Source of the DNA: Vicugna vicugna
Taxonomy: Eukaryota
DNA: 45,581 nt
Assembly (NCBI GenBank): GCA_013265495.1
Contig: MU057936.1
Span: forward strand, 385,195 to 430,775
Reading direction: 5' to 3'
Position numbers and translations under genes: made by a program. The notes under the pieces were generated by a model that saw only the letters and a program-made list of their open reading frames with translations, did not search any database and was not told the origin of the DNA. Of this stretch, positions 1 through 12,050 are shown in pieces (the stretch's first letter is position 1; each line of letters starts with the position of its first letter).

Positions 1-783
1 CTATGGCATCAGGAGAAACAGGAAGAAAAGGTCAAGAGAAGAAGAGATAGAAAGAGAAAAGAGGTAAACAGAGTGGAGCCAAGCCTGGGTTCTCAGTGGC
101 TGTCTGCTTCCTGGTTACGGTGGCATTCTCACCATTAGCTTTTATGTGGCACCACTGCACTCTCATAAGAAATTCTTATTTTACTGAAGCTAACTCAAAT
201 TGGTTTCTCTTGCCCAAACCCCCAAATGTTCGATTTAATACACGATGGGAGCTTAATTTTCCCCCAATTAATTTTTTATGAGATAGTTCTTCTTTAAGAA
301 ATAAAGCAAGTAAAGTTAAATATAATTTGTAGAATCTAGATGGTGAGTGTTCACTGTACAATTCTTCCAGTTTTCTGTATGCTAGAAAATTTTTATAGTA
401 AAATATTGCAAAAATACTCAGCAAAATGTGACATAATTAGAAGACATTAAATAAATGAACTTTTTTTTTTTTTTGCTACCCTTAGTTACTGAGTCTCATC
501 AGAATACAGGAAGCTTCCTTGGGCTGCAGAAAACAAAAGTTGTTATGTAACTAGGATGGCCACGGATGTGGAGGTTAACTTATTTAATTCTTTAGATAAT
601 TCAGGCAACCAATATTCACATTTTTAGAAATGTCTTAAAGTGAATTTGAAATTCCAGTGTGTATCAACAGAATTCAGTCTATCTGTCCAAAAGAATACCC
701 TCTGGTTTACTTTCATGATGGATAGAGTACAGCTTTACATTTCTAACGTCCATGGCTCATTTTTGCTTCCAACTTTCATTATA

Positions 784-1022
784 TCACAGAGTAATCCAAA
801 AGCATAGTCTATCATCCTTCTGAATACAATAAAAAGTAAGGATATGTAAAAAACATATTTCATTTTCAATGAATGTTTTATATATCTCACTGATGTTAAA
901 AGTATATTTTAAATAATCCTTCATCACATTCAAGAAATATGAGGCGATTCTTTGTTCATTACAGTACAGAACCTCTTGAAATATACTTGACAAAATGGAT
1001 ACAGTGCCTATTCTCAAAGCAC
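784..1022 (-). other. Candidate terminal exon
   Basis: Acceptor ttttctattagttttcag|GTGCTTTG at 1023/1022. One frame reads CFENRHCIHFVKYISRGSVL* (stop 961-959); another stays open 78 codons to 784. Confidence 0.4.
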
Positions 1023-1429
1023 CTGAAAACTAATAGAAAATGCTGTTTTTGCATCTAACATGTGCTTGCAATAACAAAAATATGACTTTAAAATTACAAA
1101 TTTTAATCCAATGCAAAACATAAATGAAATTTTATGGTTGGGTATCTCAGCATCTTGAATGCCAACTTTATATTGCTATATTTGGGAACATGGGAATGAA
1201 TATTTACTTAGTTTTCTTTAAAAATAAAATAAATCAACTTTTCAACATCTGTTTTAAAATCCTTTACTATAATTTGTAATTTGTTATTTAAATTTAACAA
1301 CTCAAGAATTTGGCAAATCATATTCAAGAAAAAATATGAAAGGCTTTAAATTATAAAATTTTAAAGGATGTAAGGTATAAAAATAGGAAAAAGACTTAAA
1401 ATATATTGAGGGTATGTATATTATAGGAA

Positions 1430-1880
1430 CTGTCTTTGGCAGCCATTCAGGTACGCCTCTCATATCCTCCTTCAGGAAAGAAAATTGTTCAGTTCTAAGG
1501 AGTAGACTTAGCTGGCAGCCTCCAGCTAGATCGCCTTCAAGTTGTGCCTCAACTTTTTGGGGGGGCTATGCATGCTTGGTGGGCAACCCCCACCATGTGA
1601 ATGAGCACAGTGGGGTGCTGGCATCTTGCCATTCCTGCCCAATGTGGGACTCCTCTAAGAAGCTCTGGAGCTTCCCCTTGGGTTCGCTGAAACTTTATCA
1701 GATCTGCATTTTGGTCTGAAGTTTTCTGATCTGCTTCCTTCCCACTTTCCTTTCAAAAGTATCAAATCCGCACCTCAGGAACAAGGTTTTCTCCCCATTT
1801 ATCTTCTACAGATGTTATTTCTTCACCCTTCCCCCAAACTTCCTATAATCCTGACTGTCTCAGAGTTGACTTCCTAGACA
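1430..1880 (+). mobile_element. ERVL solo LTR, LTR16-like
   Basis: Motifs ggcagcc...tccttcagga, gagcttccccttgggttcgctga, caga(t)gttatt and tctcagagttgacttcc resemble the LTR16 consensus as recalled. Confidence 0.6.
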
Positions 1881-2133
1881 GGTACACTCTCTAAACCCTA
1901 ACTTCATTAAATTTGGATCACCTTTTTGGTGGCTAAATAGTTCTCAATTGTTGGGAATGGATATTAATATTAATTAATATTAACACAATATTAATACAGT
2001 ATTGTCAACATTAGGATATAAGCTGAAATAATTACTATAAATATAAATTGTACTTCTGCACATTCTTTTATTCCCTAGGCTAATTGTTTCATTTCTGATT
2101 AAACTGAATGAGTACTACACAATAGGTATTCAC

Positions 2134-2241
2134 AGACCATGGACCTTCACGCAAAAGAGCACGATTTGCAATGAGAGATTTGACTGACTGGGGTGCGGTC
2201 ACCCGGGACTTTGCCTTAGGGTACCAGCATTTCTTTACAGG
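2134..2241 (-). other. Candidate internal exon
   Basis: Acceptor ttattgtttacaatttttcag| at 2242/2241; 4 CpGs; one open frame PVKKCWYPKAKSRVTAPQSVKSLIANRALLRE; donor weak (GTCCAT after 2145 or GTGAAT after 2134). Confidence 0.3.
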
Positions 2242-2369
2242 CTGAAAAATTGTAAACAATAATTTTAAAAAAATAATTCCCTTTCAATGAGCTAATGCCA
2301 CCAATTCTGACATTCATTCCTTCTAGCCAGTTGCTCTAACTACCTCCCAAAGAAATGAATAAGTAAATT

Positions 2370-2590
2370 ACAGCTAATATTTGTTGAGTACTTGTATGTT
2401 GGACCCAGTGCTATGCTCTTTACATATGGTTATTCCATATAGTCATTACTTCTACTTATAACAGTTTGGTTCTATTATTATCCCTGTTTTGCAAACAGCA
2501 AATCCAAGGCTAGGAAAGGTTAAACACTGTGCCCAAGATCATGGCTGGTAAGGGTCAGGGACTAGATAAGAATTCAATGAGTGTCTGATC
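2370..2590 (-). mobile_element. MIR SINE
   Basis: atttgttgagtact...attattatccctgttttgcaaacag...aaggttaa...tgcccaagatca MIR core. Confidence 0.7.
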
Positions 2591-2903
2591 TTAATTCGCT
2601 CAGCTCTGAGAGGCTGTGTCTTTACCTGAATACCTAGTGGAGTTGGGATGAGAATTCAGGTCTCCTGAAACCTCACTTTGTGCTCTTGCCTCTAAATCAT
2701 GAGTATCCCTTTTAAGGCTAAAAGTTATGATTCTTAATCTAAGACATTTGAATTATGAAATCCTTTAGTGATACAAACAAAACCAAAGCTTTCAGACAGA
2801 AAAATAGATACAACATTCAGTAATTTTTTATTTACTCGCTATTTAGTCTGAATGTTTGTTGGCCATTTTGTCTTCAACTCTAATCTATCTTTAGTTTCAT
2901 CAT

Positions 2904-2943
2904 AATCTATTATCCTAAATCTATTATTCCTAAATCTATTATC
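2904..2943. repeat. Short tandem repeat, ~14-15 bp unit x3
   Basis: aatctattatcct / aaatctattattcct / aaatctattatc. Confidence 0.85.
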
Positions 2944-2992
2944 ACAGGGAGAAGAGGGGCCAAGTCTCCTTTTATCCCTAGGAAGAAGCCAA

Positions 2993-3074
2993 ACAGATGA
3001 GGTTTAAATATGGCAGAAACTCTCTTAATTGACCTCCTCCTGAAGGAGTTGAGGATTAATTCATGATTTCCACT
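2993..3074 (+). repeat. Inverted repeat, left arm (82 bp)
   Basis: Reverse complement matches 4715-4796 at 80/82 positions without gaps. Confidence 0.97.
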
Positions 3075-3400
3075 ATGTTATTCGATAATATTTGCTTCCT
3101 TCCTATTAGTCTTCCATTTTGATCAACAGCTGTAGATTTTGGGATATATTTCCCCAATATGACCCAAAAAGTGGGGAACATTTTCCCCAAATAATGACAA
3201 CTCTTCCATGTAAGACATTTGAGAAAAGCCCAATTCATAATTACTAAAACATTGAGATTATTCCATCAGAAGCCACCGAGGATTCCACTACCCTCTTCAC
3301 TTCAGCCCTTTAGTCTAACCAGAAGTAGCTATTAAGTTATTATGATTCCGAGTAAGAAAAAGAAAATTGTTTATTTTGTCGGGGGTAGGGAGTGACTTAT

Positions 3401-3489
3401 TTCCCTCTGTTCTGGTGGGTAGACCCCGAGGGAAACACAATAGGCGAGGTCTCAACGATAGTTCTGCCACTATCTACTTCAAAATGATT
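3401..3489 (-). other. Candidate exon with non-canonical ATAAGT donor (or short terminal exon)
   Basis: Acceptor ctcgttatcttaccttacag| at 3490/3489; open frame NHFEVDSGRTIVETSPIVFPSGSTHQNRG; followed by ATAAGT (3400-3395) and AATAAA (3375-3370). Confidence 0.45.
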
Positions 3490-4039
3490 CTGTAAGGTAA
3501 GATAACGAGATGTAACACTGAAATGTTTGAAAGCAGGTGCAAAGGGAATCCTGCACCAGCTACAGAAGGCAGCCTCAGCTTGAAAAGACCTTGGCCTTTA
3601 TTTCATAAGATGAATGATGAACAGAGATAGAAGAACAGAGCCAGAGTGGTACAGGATGCCACGGGCCACCGGCATATTGTTTTATTGTTTTAGACTCTTA
3701 ATCTTAAAAAAAAATGTATAAATTGATACTTATGCGTCACAGTAACTTTGAATTTTCAGAGGATTTGGGGTCTTAGTTTTGTGTTTTTAAGCTAATAATT
3801 TACAAAAAAAAATAAACTGATTGTAGGAGAATTCCTCCTCCAAAGAAATTAGGATTGAAATTGGTTTGTAATTGGCAAACTTGGCTAAAGTGGAGAAATG
3901 AACATTTTATTTTAACATAAAATTACATGTACATTTATTTATCAGTCCTTTGACATAAAAGCCCAGGAGTCTCCTCTGAATATGGCTCCACCAATAGATA
4001 GTCTAAGTTGTCACTCTTGAATAAGCCACATACCTAGTA

Positions 4040-4250
4040 GCAGTAATAGTATTAAGAATAACAGTTGAGTACTTACTACGTGTCAAGCATATTTAGTCTT
4101 TCTAGTGTCTCTTTGAGGTAACTAGTATCATCATCTTCATTTTACATTTGAGGTTAAGAAACTTGCCTAAGATTACACCATCAGTAAATGGTAGAGATAA
4201 AATTAAAACATATGTTGTCTGGCTCCCAACTTTACACTCTTACCCAGCAC
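4040..4250 (-). mobile_element. MIR SINE
   Basis: ttgagtacttactacgtgtcaagc...cattttaca...gaggttaagaaacttgcctaagattacac MIR core. Confidence 0.7.
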
Positions 4251-4714
4251 AACATCATCTCTAATTTCCATTTCTGGGTCTCCCTAGAGAAGGGCTTTAA
4301 AGAAACTGAAGACATCTGTGAAGCAATCTAAGTCAAGAATCCTTCTAGATTTTTAATAATTTTTTTCAAAACTTTTAAGTAGTTTCCCCCGTACATACTT
4401 CCATAGCAATTTTATTAGCTATTTATTTGCATTAAATCTTTCCAAAGTATTTTCATGAAAATAAGTTTCTTTTCCAATTGCTATTTCATCAGTTTATGAA
4501 ATGTTTAGTCAAATTATGGAATTAAAATTATACATACATAATTATAATATTTGTGGTCAAATTACAGGTGTATCAATGAAATAATTAGGTTTGGGAACAA
4601 ATATAACTATTCTTAGAGTAGACAACTGAACTGGTGGGATAGAAACAGGCATGAGAATTATTGCCCAAGAGTATTCATGTGCTGTGGACATCGGTTAATA
4701 TGTTTCACAGCTGA

Positions 4715-4796
4715 AGTGGAGATCATGAATTAATCCTCAACTCCTTCAGGAGGAGGTCAATTAAGAGAGTTTCTGCCAGATTTAAACCTCATCTGT
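4715..4796 (-). repeat. Inverted repeat, right arm (82 bp)
   Basis: Reverse complement of 2993-3074 with two substitutions. Confidence 0.97.
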
Positions 4797-5012
4797 GTTT
4801 TACTATAGTCACAAGTGGTAAATGCCTCTCGGCTTTTTAGTACAAGTGGCATAGTGATAATGTATATCCTCCTTCATATGATTCCAGAGGAATGGGTTGA
4901 TTTTCCATTTTTATTAAAGGTCTAACATGTCAGATACTTGATTTTATAAATATATGTGTGTGTGTATACATATATGAATAGCCTTTTTATATATGAATAT
5001 ATATCAGTAGCA

Positions 5013-5190
5013 TTTTTATTGAAGTATAGTTGATATACAATGTTGTGTTAGTTTCTGGTGTACAGCAAGGTGATATATGTATATAATATATGCATATATA
5101 TTATATGTTATATATGTGTATATATTCATTTTCATATTCTTTTCTACTATGGTTTATTACAGGATATTGAATATAGTTCCTTGTGCTGTA
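5013..5190 (-). mobile_element. L1 3' end fragment in TA-rich low-complexity DNA
   Basis: tttttattgaagtatagttgatatacaatgttgtgttagtttctggtgtacagc; same end as the other L1 copies in the window. Confidence 0.85.
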
Positions 5191-5320
5191 TCAGTAATTT
5201 TTAAATATATAATGTTATATATGTCTATATATGAATATGAACATATATGTATACACACAGATATATATACATTATATATAGCCTTTTTTTAAGCCTTCAG
5301 ATCTATTCAAATTGGCTTGC

Positions 5321-5820
5321 TATATTAATTTCCTATCGTTGCTATAACAAATTACCACAAATTTACTGACTTAAAGCAACATATATTTACTTTCTCGTAG
5401 TTTTAGAGGTCAGAAATGTCTAAAATCTAAAAAAGTCTAAAATCAAGGTGTGGACAGGGTTGTGTTGTTTCTGGAGACTTCAGGGGAGAATTTGTTTCCT
5501 TGCCTTTTCCAATCTTTGGAGCTCTCCTGTATCATTTGGCTAGAGGTTCCTTTCATTTTCTTCCTCACATCACTCCTACCTCTTGCTTCCACTGCTGCAT
5601 TCCCTCTGCTGTCGCCAAATCTCCCTCTGCCTCCCTCTCAGAGGAACCCTTGTCATTACATTTAAGGCCCACTTAAACAATGCAAGCTAATCTCCCCATC
5701 TCAAGATCCTTAACTTAATCACATCTGCTAAGACCCTTTTACCATGTTAGGTAATAAATTTATGAGTTCCAGGGATTGGGATGAAAGTATCTTTGAGGTT
5801 CATTATTCCATCTACCACAC
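5321..5820 (-). mobile_element. MaLR LTR (MLT1-type)
   Basis: tatattaatttcct...gctataacaaattaccacaaa...aaatcaaggtgt...cttaacttaatcacatctgc...ctaccaca. Confidence 0.8.
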
Positions 5821-6652
5821 ACAGCTTAATTAGAGACTAAAGAACTAATTTCCAAAAGTCAATAAAAAACTAATCAGGCCAATGTTTTCAACAGGAATGC
5901 CTAGAATGCCTAAACTGTGAGAAATTAAACAGTAGTTTAACTTTTAAAAGCAAATTAAGGACTTTAGTAATGGAGATTTTCAGATTGAATTTGGGAATTT
6001 GTAGCATACATGGCTCATTTCTTTTAAAAACAAAATCTATTTAAAACTTAAGGAAAAAAATCCTCCCTCTCTTCTGCCTTCCCTCTTCCCTCCCTTTGCT
6101 CTTTTCTTCCCACTCTTCCCTACCTTTTCTCAGTTACACTCCTGTATGAATTACTTAATAAGTCTGTAAATTCTTGAGGTTTTACAGTCATTTCTTATTC
6201 AAATTTGAACTCAATAATCAATAAAACCCCAGCTTAAAATTTTCTGTTACCAATACTAAATGGAAGGGCAGTGTTTATTTGAAAGAAGATGCTAGACTTG
6301 CATATAAAATATGTAACCAAAATAAATATAAACAGAATAATTCATTTTTCTTGCATCCCGTGAAGAATTTGCCAGATTGCTCTTTCCCAACATGGGCCAC
6401 AAAATTAGATTAATTAGTTTTATCTCATGCTGTTTATTTCTGAAGCACTTTAGCTACTCTAAAGTCCCACAGGACTTTTAGGGCTAATGTTATTAGTCTT
6501 TGGGGTGACATCAGTTTATCTATATTGGGGGCTTATGAGCTATCACTAGCTTTTTCCTATTGAGGAACTAGCACTAGGGATTTTTTTTATCTCAGAGATT
6601 TTGTTTATGGCTTATTACTTCCTTTCGTACCCTTAAAAGTGTTAAAACTATA

Positions 6653-7229
6653 TCTTTGTAAGTTTTACTCTATATGGAAACAAAATTTGCCACACCAAAA
6701 TGTATCTCTTTGGCACGTGGATTATTTCAAGCTGAAAACAGTGAAGGCCCAAAAGACTCAGGAAAAATCTTTGACCTTCCACTTTTACTGCCTAAAAGAA
6801 TTTAGACAGAAGGTCTGTTCCCAGGATAGAGCTATTGCCAGAGATATCGGCAAAGACCATGGGCTAGATGTGGTGGGGAAACTTGGCAGGGCCTAGAGAT
6901 CAGGGTCCACTCTGTGCCCATTATCTCTGCCTGGCCCAGCAAACATTTATTTACCAAACATTTGCTTTTCCATCTGTGTGAACTGTCTTCCTCTCTTTTG
7001 AAGTCCCACTACCCTCAACATCCTCTTTTGTCTTTAGCTGAAGGTGGTATTTAAGGTGAGGGCTTCAGCCATTTTGGTGAGTGATTCAAGTTTCCCAGGG
7101 TCTCTCCCATGTATATATGTTATTAAATTTTTGTTTGATTTTCTCCTGTTAATCTGTCTCATGTCAGTTTAATTCTTAGACCAGCCAGAAGAACTTAGAA
7201 GGGTAGAGGAAAATTTCTTCCTCCCAGAC
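6653..7229 (+). mobile_element. ERV solo LTR (MER34/39-like)
   Basis: aatttgccacaccaaaatgtatctctttggc...attaaa...ttttctcctgttaatctgtct; related to 36188-36720. Confidence 0.7.
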
Positions 7230-8367
7230 TCCTTTTTATTCATTTAGTTGCTTTTTGATTTTTTAATGTCAGTGTCTCAAATCTTGCATTCTCTCCATTT
7301 CTACCTAATGCCTCCACAGCTTTTCATGATTTTGTAGTGAATTTGCCCTGTCTCTACTTAGAAATATCACCAAATTTTCAGTGCATAAGTTTTCTAAATT
7401 GTAAACAATGATTGAGTGATGGGACTATGAGTGATTTTTTTAATTTTAATTTTTTTGGGTATTTTTCATATACTTTGTATTATATAAATTCTAGAAAATA
7501 TGACCTATAATATGCAATGTTATAATATATATTAACATATAATCATATATTAATGTATTATAATATATAACCTAGACATAATATATTACTATAATATATA
7601 ACATATATTCTAGAAAATACTATATATTAAAATAATAAAAAATTTTTTGCTAAAATTATCTATTGTGACAGAGATATTGGCTCTTTCAGAAAATAGTTTT
7701 TGATCATTTCTGCACAAAAAATACAGTACTGTGTATAGAAATCACCATCTATTCCTGTATCTTTTGGTTTCTTTACTTCTCTCCCTCTCTGTATATATGA
7801 AAGGAACTAAAAAAACAAACTGAGTATGTTAAACATTTACTTTAGTAAAACTGAGGAAAGAGGTTAAAGGTAGATAGTTACAATAATACAAAGAAACCCA
7901 CCAGATAAACTGTAAGAGAACAGCTAAGATATTCTAAGTTAAAAAAAATTAAAACCATAACAATACAACAATCCAATGCATAGTAAGTACAAAATCCAAT
8001 GCAGGGAATTCTTTGGAAAAGAAAAATCAGTAATTAAAGGAGAACCTTTCAGGCTTTGGGATTCTTGAATTGATTACACATAGGCCACTCCCACATGTTA
8101 GGGCAGGCAGCCCCAAGAGAGAAAGGTCAAAGACCAGCCCACTAGCTTTCCTGGGGTTGAAGGGCAATCAGCACGAAGGTAGCCCCAGCTGCACCAACCC
8201 TCAGTGGTGCTCCTTACCCCCCAGACAGGCTGTAGATTATCTTCTTGTATATAAAAGCTGTATATACTCTATCTCTTATTGTACAACAATCACACAGTCT
8301 ACATTGCCCTTGTAAGAAAGAGCAGATTGCTAAAATGAGAAAAGTGGGCAGAAATAACATCTTATAA

Positions 8368-8717
8368 AACAATAGAACAAATGAATTTATTTACAGAACA
8401 GAAACAGACTCACAGACATAGAAAATAAACTTGCGGTTACCAGAGGGGAAACAGGGTGGGAAGGGATAAATTGGGAGTTTGAGATTTGCAGATACTAACT
8501 ACTATATATAAAATAGATAACCAGCAAGGTCCTACTGTATAGCACAGGGACCTATATTCAATAACTTAGCCTATAATGAAAAAGAATATGAAAAGGAATA
8601 TATAACGTATGTATGTATAACTAAATCACTATGCTGTACACCAGAAATTAACACAACATTGTAAACCGACTATACTTCAATTAAAAAAAATAAAAAAGAT
8701 AAAGTAAAAAAAAAAAC
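8368..8717 (+). mobile_element. L1 3' UTR with poly(A)
   Basis: acagaaacagactcacagacatagaaa...gggataaattgggagtttgagatttgcagatact...ctatacttcaattaaaaaaaa. Confidence 0.92.
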
Positions 8718-8964
8718 TCAGAAAATCCCCAAATACCAGTCTGCCTATAAATAAAGATATATCTCTTTATAGTAAGTAGGCCCCTTTACTCCTTTTGGAT
8801 CAGCTGCATGAATACTTTTCGGAGGTAACCTTGATCCTATCAATATTCTTGCACTATGCAAGAAGTAGTAACTGTGGAAAGAAAGTAATCTCTCTCCCTT
8901 TAAGAAGAGAAATGTGGAATAAAAATCATATCTTTTTCTCTCTAACAGCTTTGATTAAAAGGAA

Positions 8965-9300
8965 AGTGTGGCACACACAGTGCTGTGTTCATCATACTGT
9001 TTCCTTTTCCTGCACACAGAAAGACAACATGTCCAACTTCCCTTGCAGAAGGATCAGGACCATTTCACTGAGTTCTAGCCAGTGGGATGTAGACAGAAAT
9101 GCATGCCATTTCCAAGATGGGCTATAAAAAGCCGGTGTGCAAGCAACTCTCTGGCTCTTTCTCTCCCTCTAGTAGAGGTTATGAAAGTCATATGTTTACA
9201 TGGCAACATCACAAGATGGTGGGAACCTGCATCCCTGAGTCACTAAATGGAAGAGAGTCCCTACATCAGACTTTGAGACAGAAAACCTATACTGAGGTCT
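8965..9300 (+). mobile_element. MaLR LTR fragment (old MLT1)
   Basis: cccttgcag...actgagttctagccagtgggatgtagacagaaatg...tccctgagtcact. Confidence 0.6.
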
Positions 9301-9659
9301 AAAGTCTTTATTCATAATGACTTAGAATCAAGGTCAAAGCCTTTGTGTTTACTTCTCACCCTATGGCTTCTGTAATGTCACTTATTCTTACTTCAAATAT
9401 CCTTAATTTATAATATGAATTTCCAAGTAATTATTTTTCTAATTACTTCTTATTTTTATTTTATAATCTTTTGAAAAATTCTATTTTTAAAACATTTAAG
9501 TAGCTTATAGAAAAGCTATATTTAGTAGGCTTGCCTTTAATAGCTAGATTGATTATTTTTATTATAATACCCCACTAGCAAGAACACCATAGAAACATTT
9601 ACAGTCACAAAGTTTATTTTACAGTTGTAATATCTGAAATCACATAAAGCTATAAAATT

Positions 9660-10525
9660 TTGTTATTAGTATAGCTGAGTAGTTCTACTAGATCTAACCC
9701 TGCCACAGGAAACAATGAAAAATTCTGGAAAAAAATACCACAAATAATATAAAACAGTGACTGGGAGGCATAGGGTAATAAACAGAAACAGGTAGATCAT
9801 GGAGGGAATTCAAAACTCAGAAGAAGGAACAGGGCACAGTACTAGTTTTCCATCCTTTAGACTAAAGACGGAACAGAGATATCTCGACATGGAGTGGCTG
9901 AAACTCTGATAGAAAATCTGCAGAATTCCTGGCCTGAAGGACTAGAGGACAGAATCCAAGGCAACCAAGGGGGTGACAATGGAAAGAAGACAAGAGGGGT
10001 AATGCACCAATTTGTCTCTCAGAAACTTTGCTCAATTCTGTGGCTGAACCCTCAACCACACAAGTGCTGGGGTAGGCTCAAATGAACACAGCTAAATTGA
10101 AAAGAGCTGAAATTTGAGATGTTGCTACCTCAGGAGATTCAGACTATGAAGTCTGAAACCACCCAAATGACGTACCTGATTTAAAAACGAACAAACAAGC
10201 AAAATATCAAAATCAACTCTTCAAGAAACCATAACAAAATCTAGAGTCTCCATGACATAACATTCACAAGACTCAGGGTAAAATCCAAAATTACACAACA
10301 AAACATGAAAAGGTGGCCCCATTTTTAGGGGAAAAGATAATCAACAGATATCAACCCTAAGATGACTCAGTTGTCTAAATTATTAGGCAAGAATATTAAA
10401 GGAGCTATTTTTATTATGCTCAGGGAAGTAAATAAAAATACCCTCACAATGAATATAAAGATAGGGACTCTCAGCAAAGAAATATAAACTATAAATAGAA
10501 CCCAGAGGAAATTCTAGAACTGAAA
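9660..10525 (+). mobile_element. Ancient L1 fragment (5' UTR/ORF1 region)
   Basis: atccaaaattac...gaaaagataatcaacaga...gatgactcagttgt...ctcagcaaagaaatataaactata...gaaattctagaactgaaa. Confidence 0.7.
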
Positions 10526-10589
10526 TCGTATAGAGTTGCAGTCCACCTCTCAATTATGAATTACAAAGTAAAATTAATTTTTTATAACA

Positions 10590-11007
10590 TAGCCATAAAC
10601 AAAGAAAGAGCACTGCTTAGCATTCAACTCTAAGTCATTACTGAATGACAGTGCACACTGAGAACAATTTAGGATGAAAAACAGGATGAGGCCTTCTGTG
10701 CTTTGGGGAAAAACAAAGCCTCTTAGATAGTTAGATGCATTTTTCCATACATGGAAAGGTACTGAAATCATTAACTTGAGATATCTGTTCTTTGTGACTA
10801 GCAGTAATCTTTTACCAAGATGCAGGCTTGACTGCATGTATTCCCTACCCTAAAATCATATATAAACCAGGCTTCTTCCTCTTCCTCTTCAGAGCAGTTC
10901 CCTCAGACCTACTGAGAGGATGTCTCCTGGGCTATAGTCCTCAGTAAGATCTCTGAATAAAATTGAAACTCACAACTCTTACATAGTGTATTTTTCCTTA
11001 AGTCAAC
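10590..11007 (+). mobile_element. ERV1-type solo LTR
   Basis: cattaacttgagatatctgttctttgtgactagcagtaatcttttaccaag; AATAAA; ends ...gtcaaca; same family as 36945-37379. Confidence 0.75.
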
Positions 11008-11909
11008 ATAGTAACAAAAGTAGCAAAGTGCTCCCATCACCCCCTACTTTTTCTCCAAATTTCTGTTATGGAGTAAACACAGAGAAGAGTCAGGGTGTGG
11101 GAGAAAAATATAAATAAGGAGTAATGAATTCACTTCCCTTCCTTAAAGGAACTGAAAGTCTTAGAATTTTGCAAAGCCAAATCCACTCACCTTTATTATG
11201 AGGAATGTAACAGAAATAAACATGTCTTTGTAACAAATGATTTATATACTCTAGACTGAGAGTATAGGAAAATAATCCATTGTGTGACTGTTAAAATTCT
11301 TTGATAGACGTAATTCTTTCTCACATCATTTCAATAGGCTTTACAATACAATTAGAGTAACTCCATGCCAGTGATAAAAATCTTCAGCTCTCAAACTACT
11401 CGTTAATCAGTCTTTCTTCTTTTTTAATCCTATCTTCTTGTAACTTTCTGGCAAAACTCATTTCCCCTTAAGGTGAGTCTTTCAACATCTCTTCCATTAA
11501 TAAATCTTTAGTTTGTAGGGGAAAAAAATAAAACTAATTACAAAGTAGTCAGTGAATGGCAAGGGGAAAAACAATGTGGGTAGATGCTAAAGAGGCATAA
11601 ATGTTACAGGAATCTTAGAGGAAAGGAAAAGAGTTTCAAGCCAGACTCTTAAATAGATGAAATAGCTTTCTTAAATTATTACTCATTTTCTGGAAACACC
11701 CTGTGAAACTACATGAAATGTGTTAAATACTGTCACAACATTGTATTTTATGCACTCTGAAAAATCACATCGCTCTGAAGGATGAGGAAAAATTACAGTT
11801 ATGCTTAGAAGATGTATCTTGAACTGCATTATTGTTTTCTAACATTTTATATTGTGTTACAGTATCTCTTTATGATGTATTTACTATGAAATTGACATTG
11901 TAATTTTAC

Positions 11910-12050
11910 CTGATGTCAGGCATCTTTTAATGTGATGATCTCAGTGAACACTCTGTTTTGCTCTTGTCTTGTTTTCAATCCCATTTCAAAACGTACTGTG
12001 TGAATATTTTTTCTTCCTTTGTTCACAAATATTAAACAACCCTTTAGCAC
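11910..12050 (-). other. Candidate internal exon (141 nt)
   Basis: Acceptor gtgtttcgtctactctttttag|, donor CAG|GTAAAA; best frame VLKGCLIFVNKGRKNIHTVRFEMGLKTRQEQNRVFTEIITLKDA*HQ with one TGA at 11918-11916. Confidence 0.5.

Noticed and set aside
176..424. 82-aa minus-strand ORF as a further exon
   Set aside because: The sequence (catacagaaaactggaagaattgtacagtgaacac...tagattctaca) resembles an old L1 3' fragment.
1964..1983. 20-bp perfect palindrome ttaatattaattaatattaa
   Set aside because: Pure AT low-complexity sequence; such palindromes arise readily by slippage.
2993..4796. Inverted repeat as the TIRs of a DNA transposon
   Set aside because: No TA or 8-bp TSD, no transposase remnant, and the interior is ordinary genomic DNA with an ancient MIR.
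7480..7640. AT-rich block bounded by ttctagaaaata direct repeats
   Set aside because: Low-complexity TA expansion with no informative structure.
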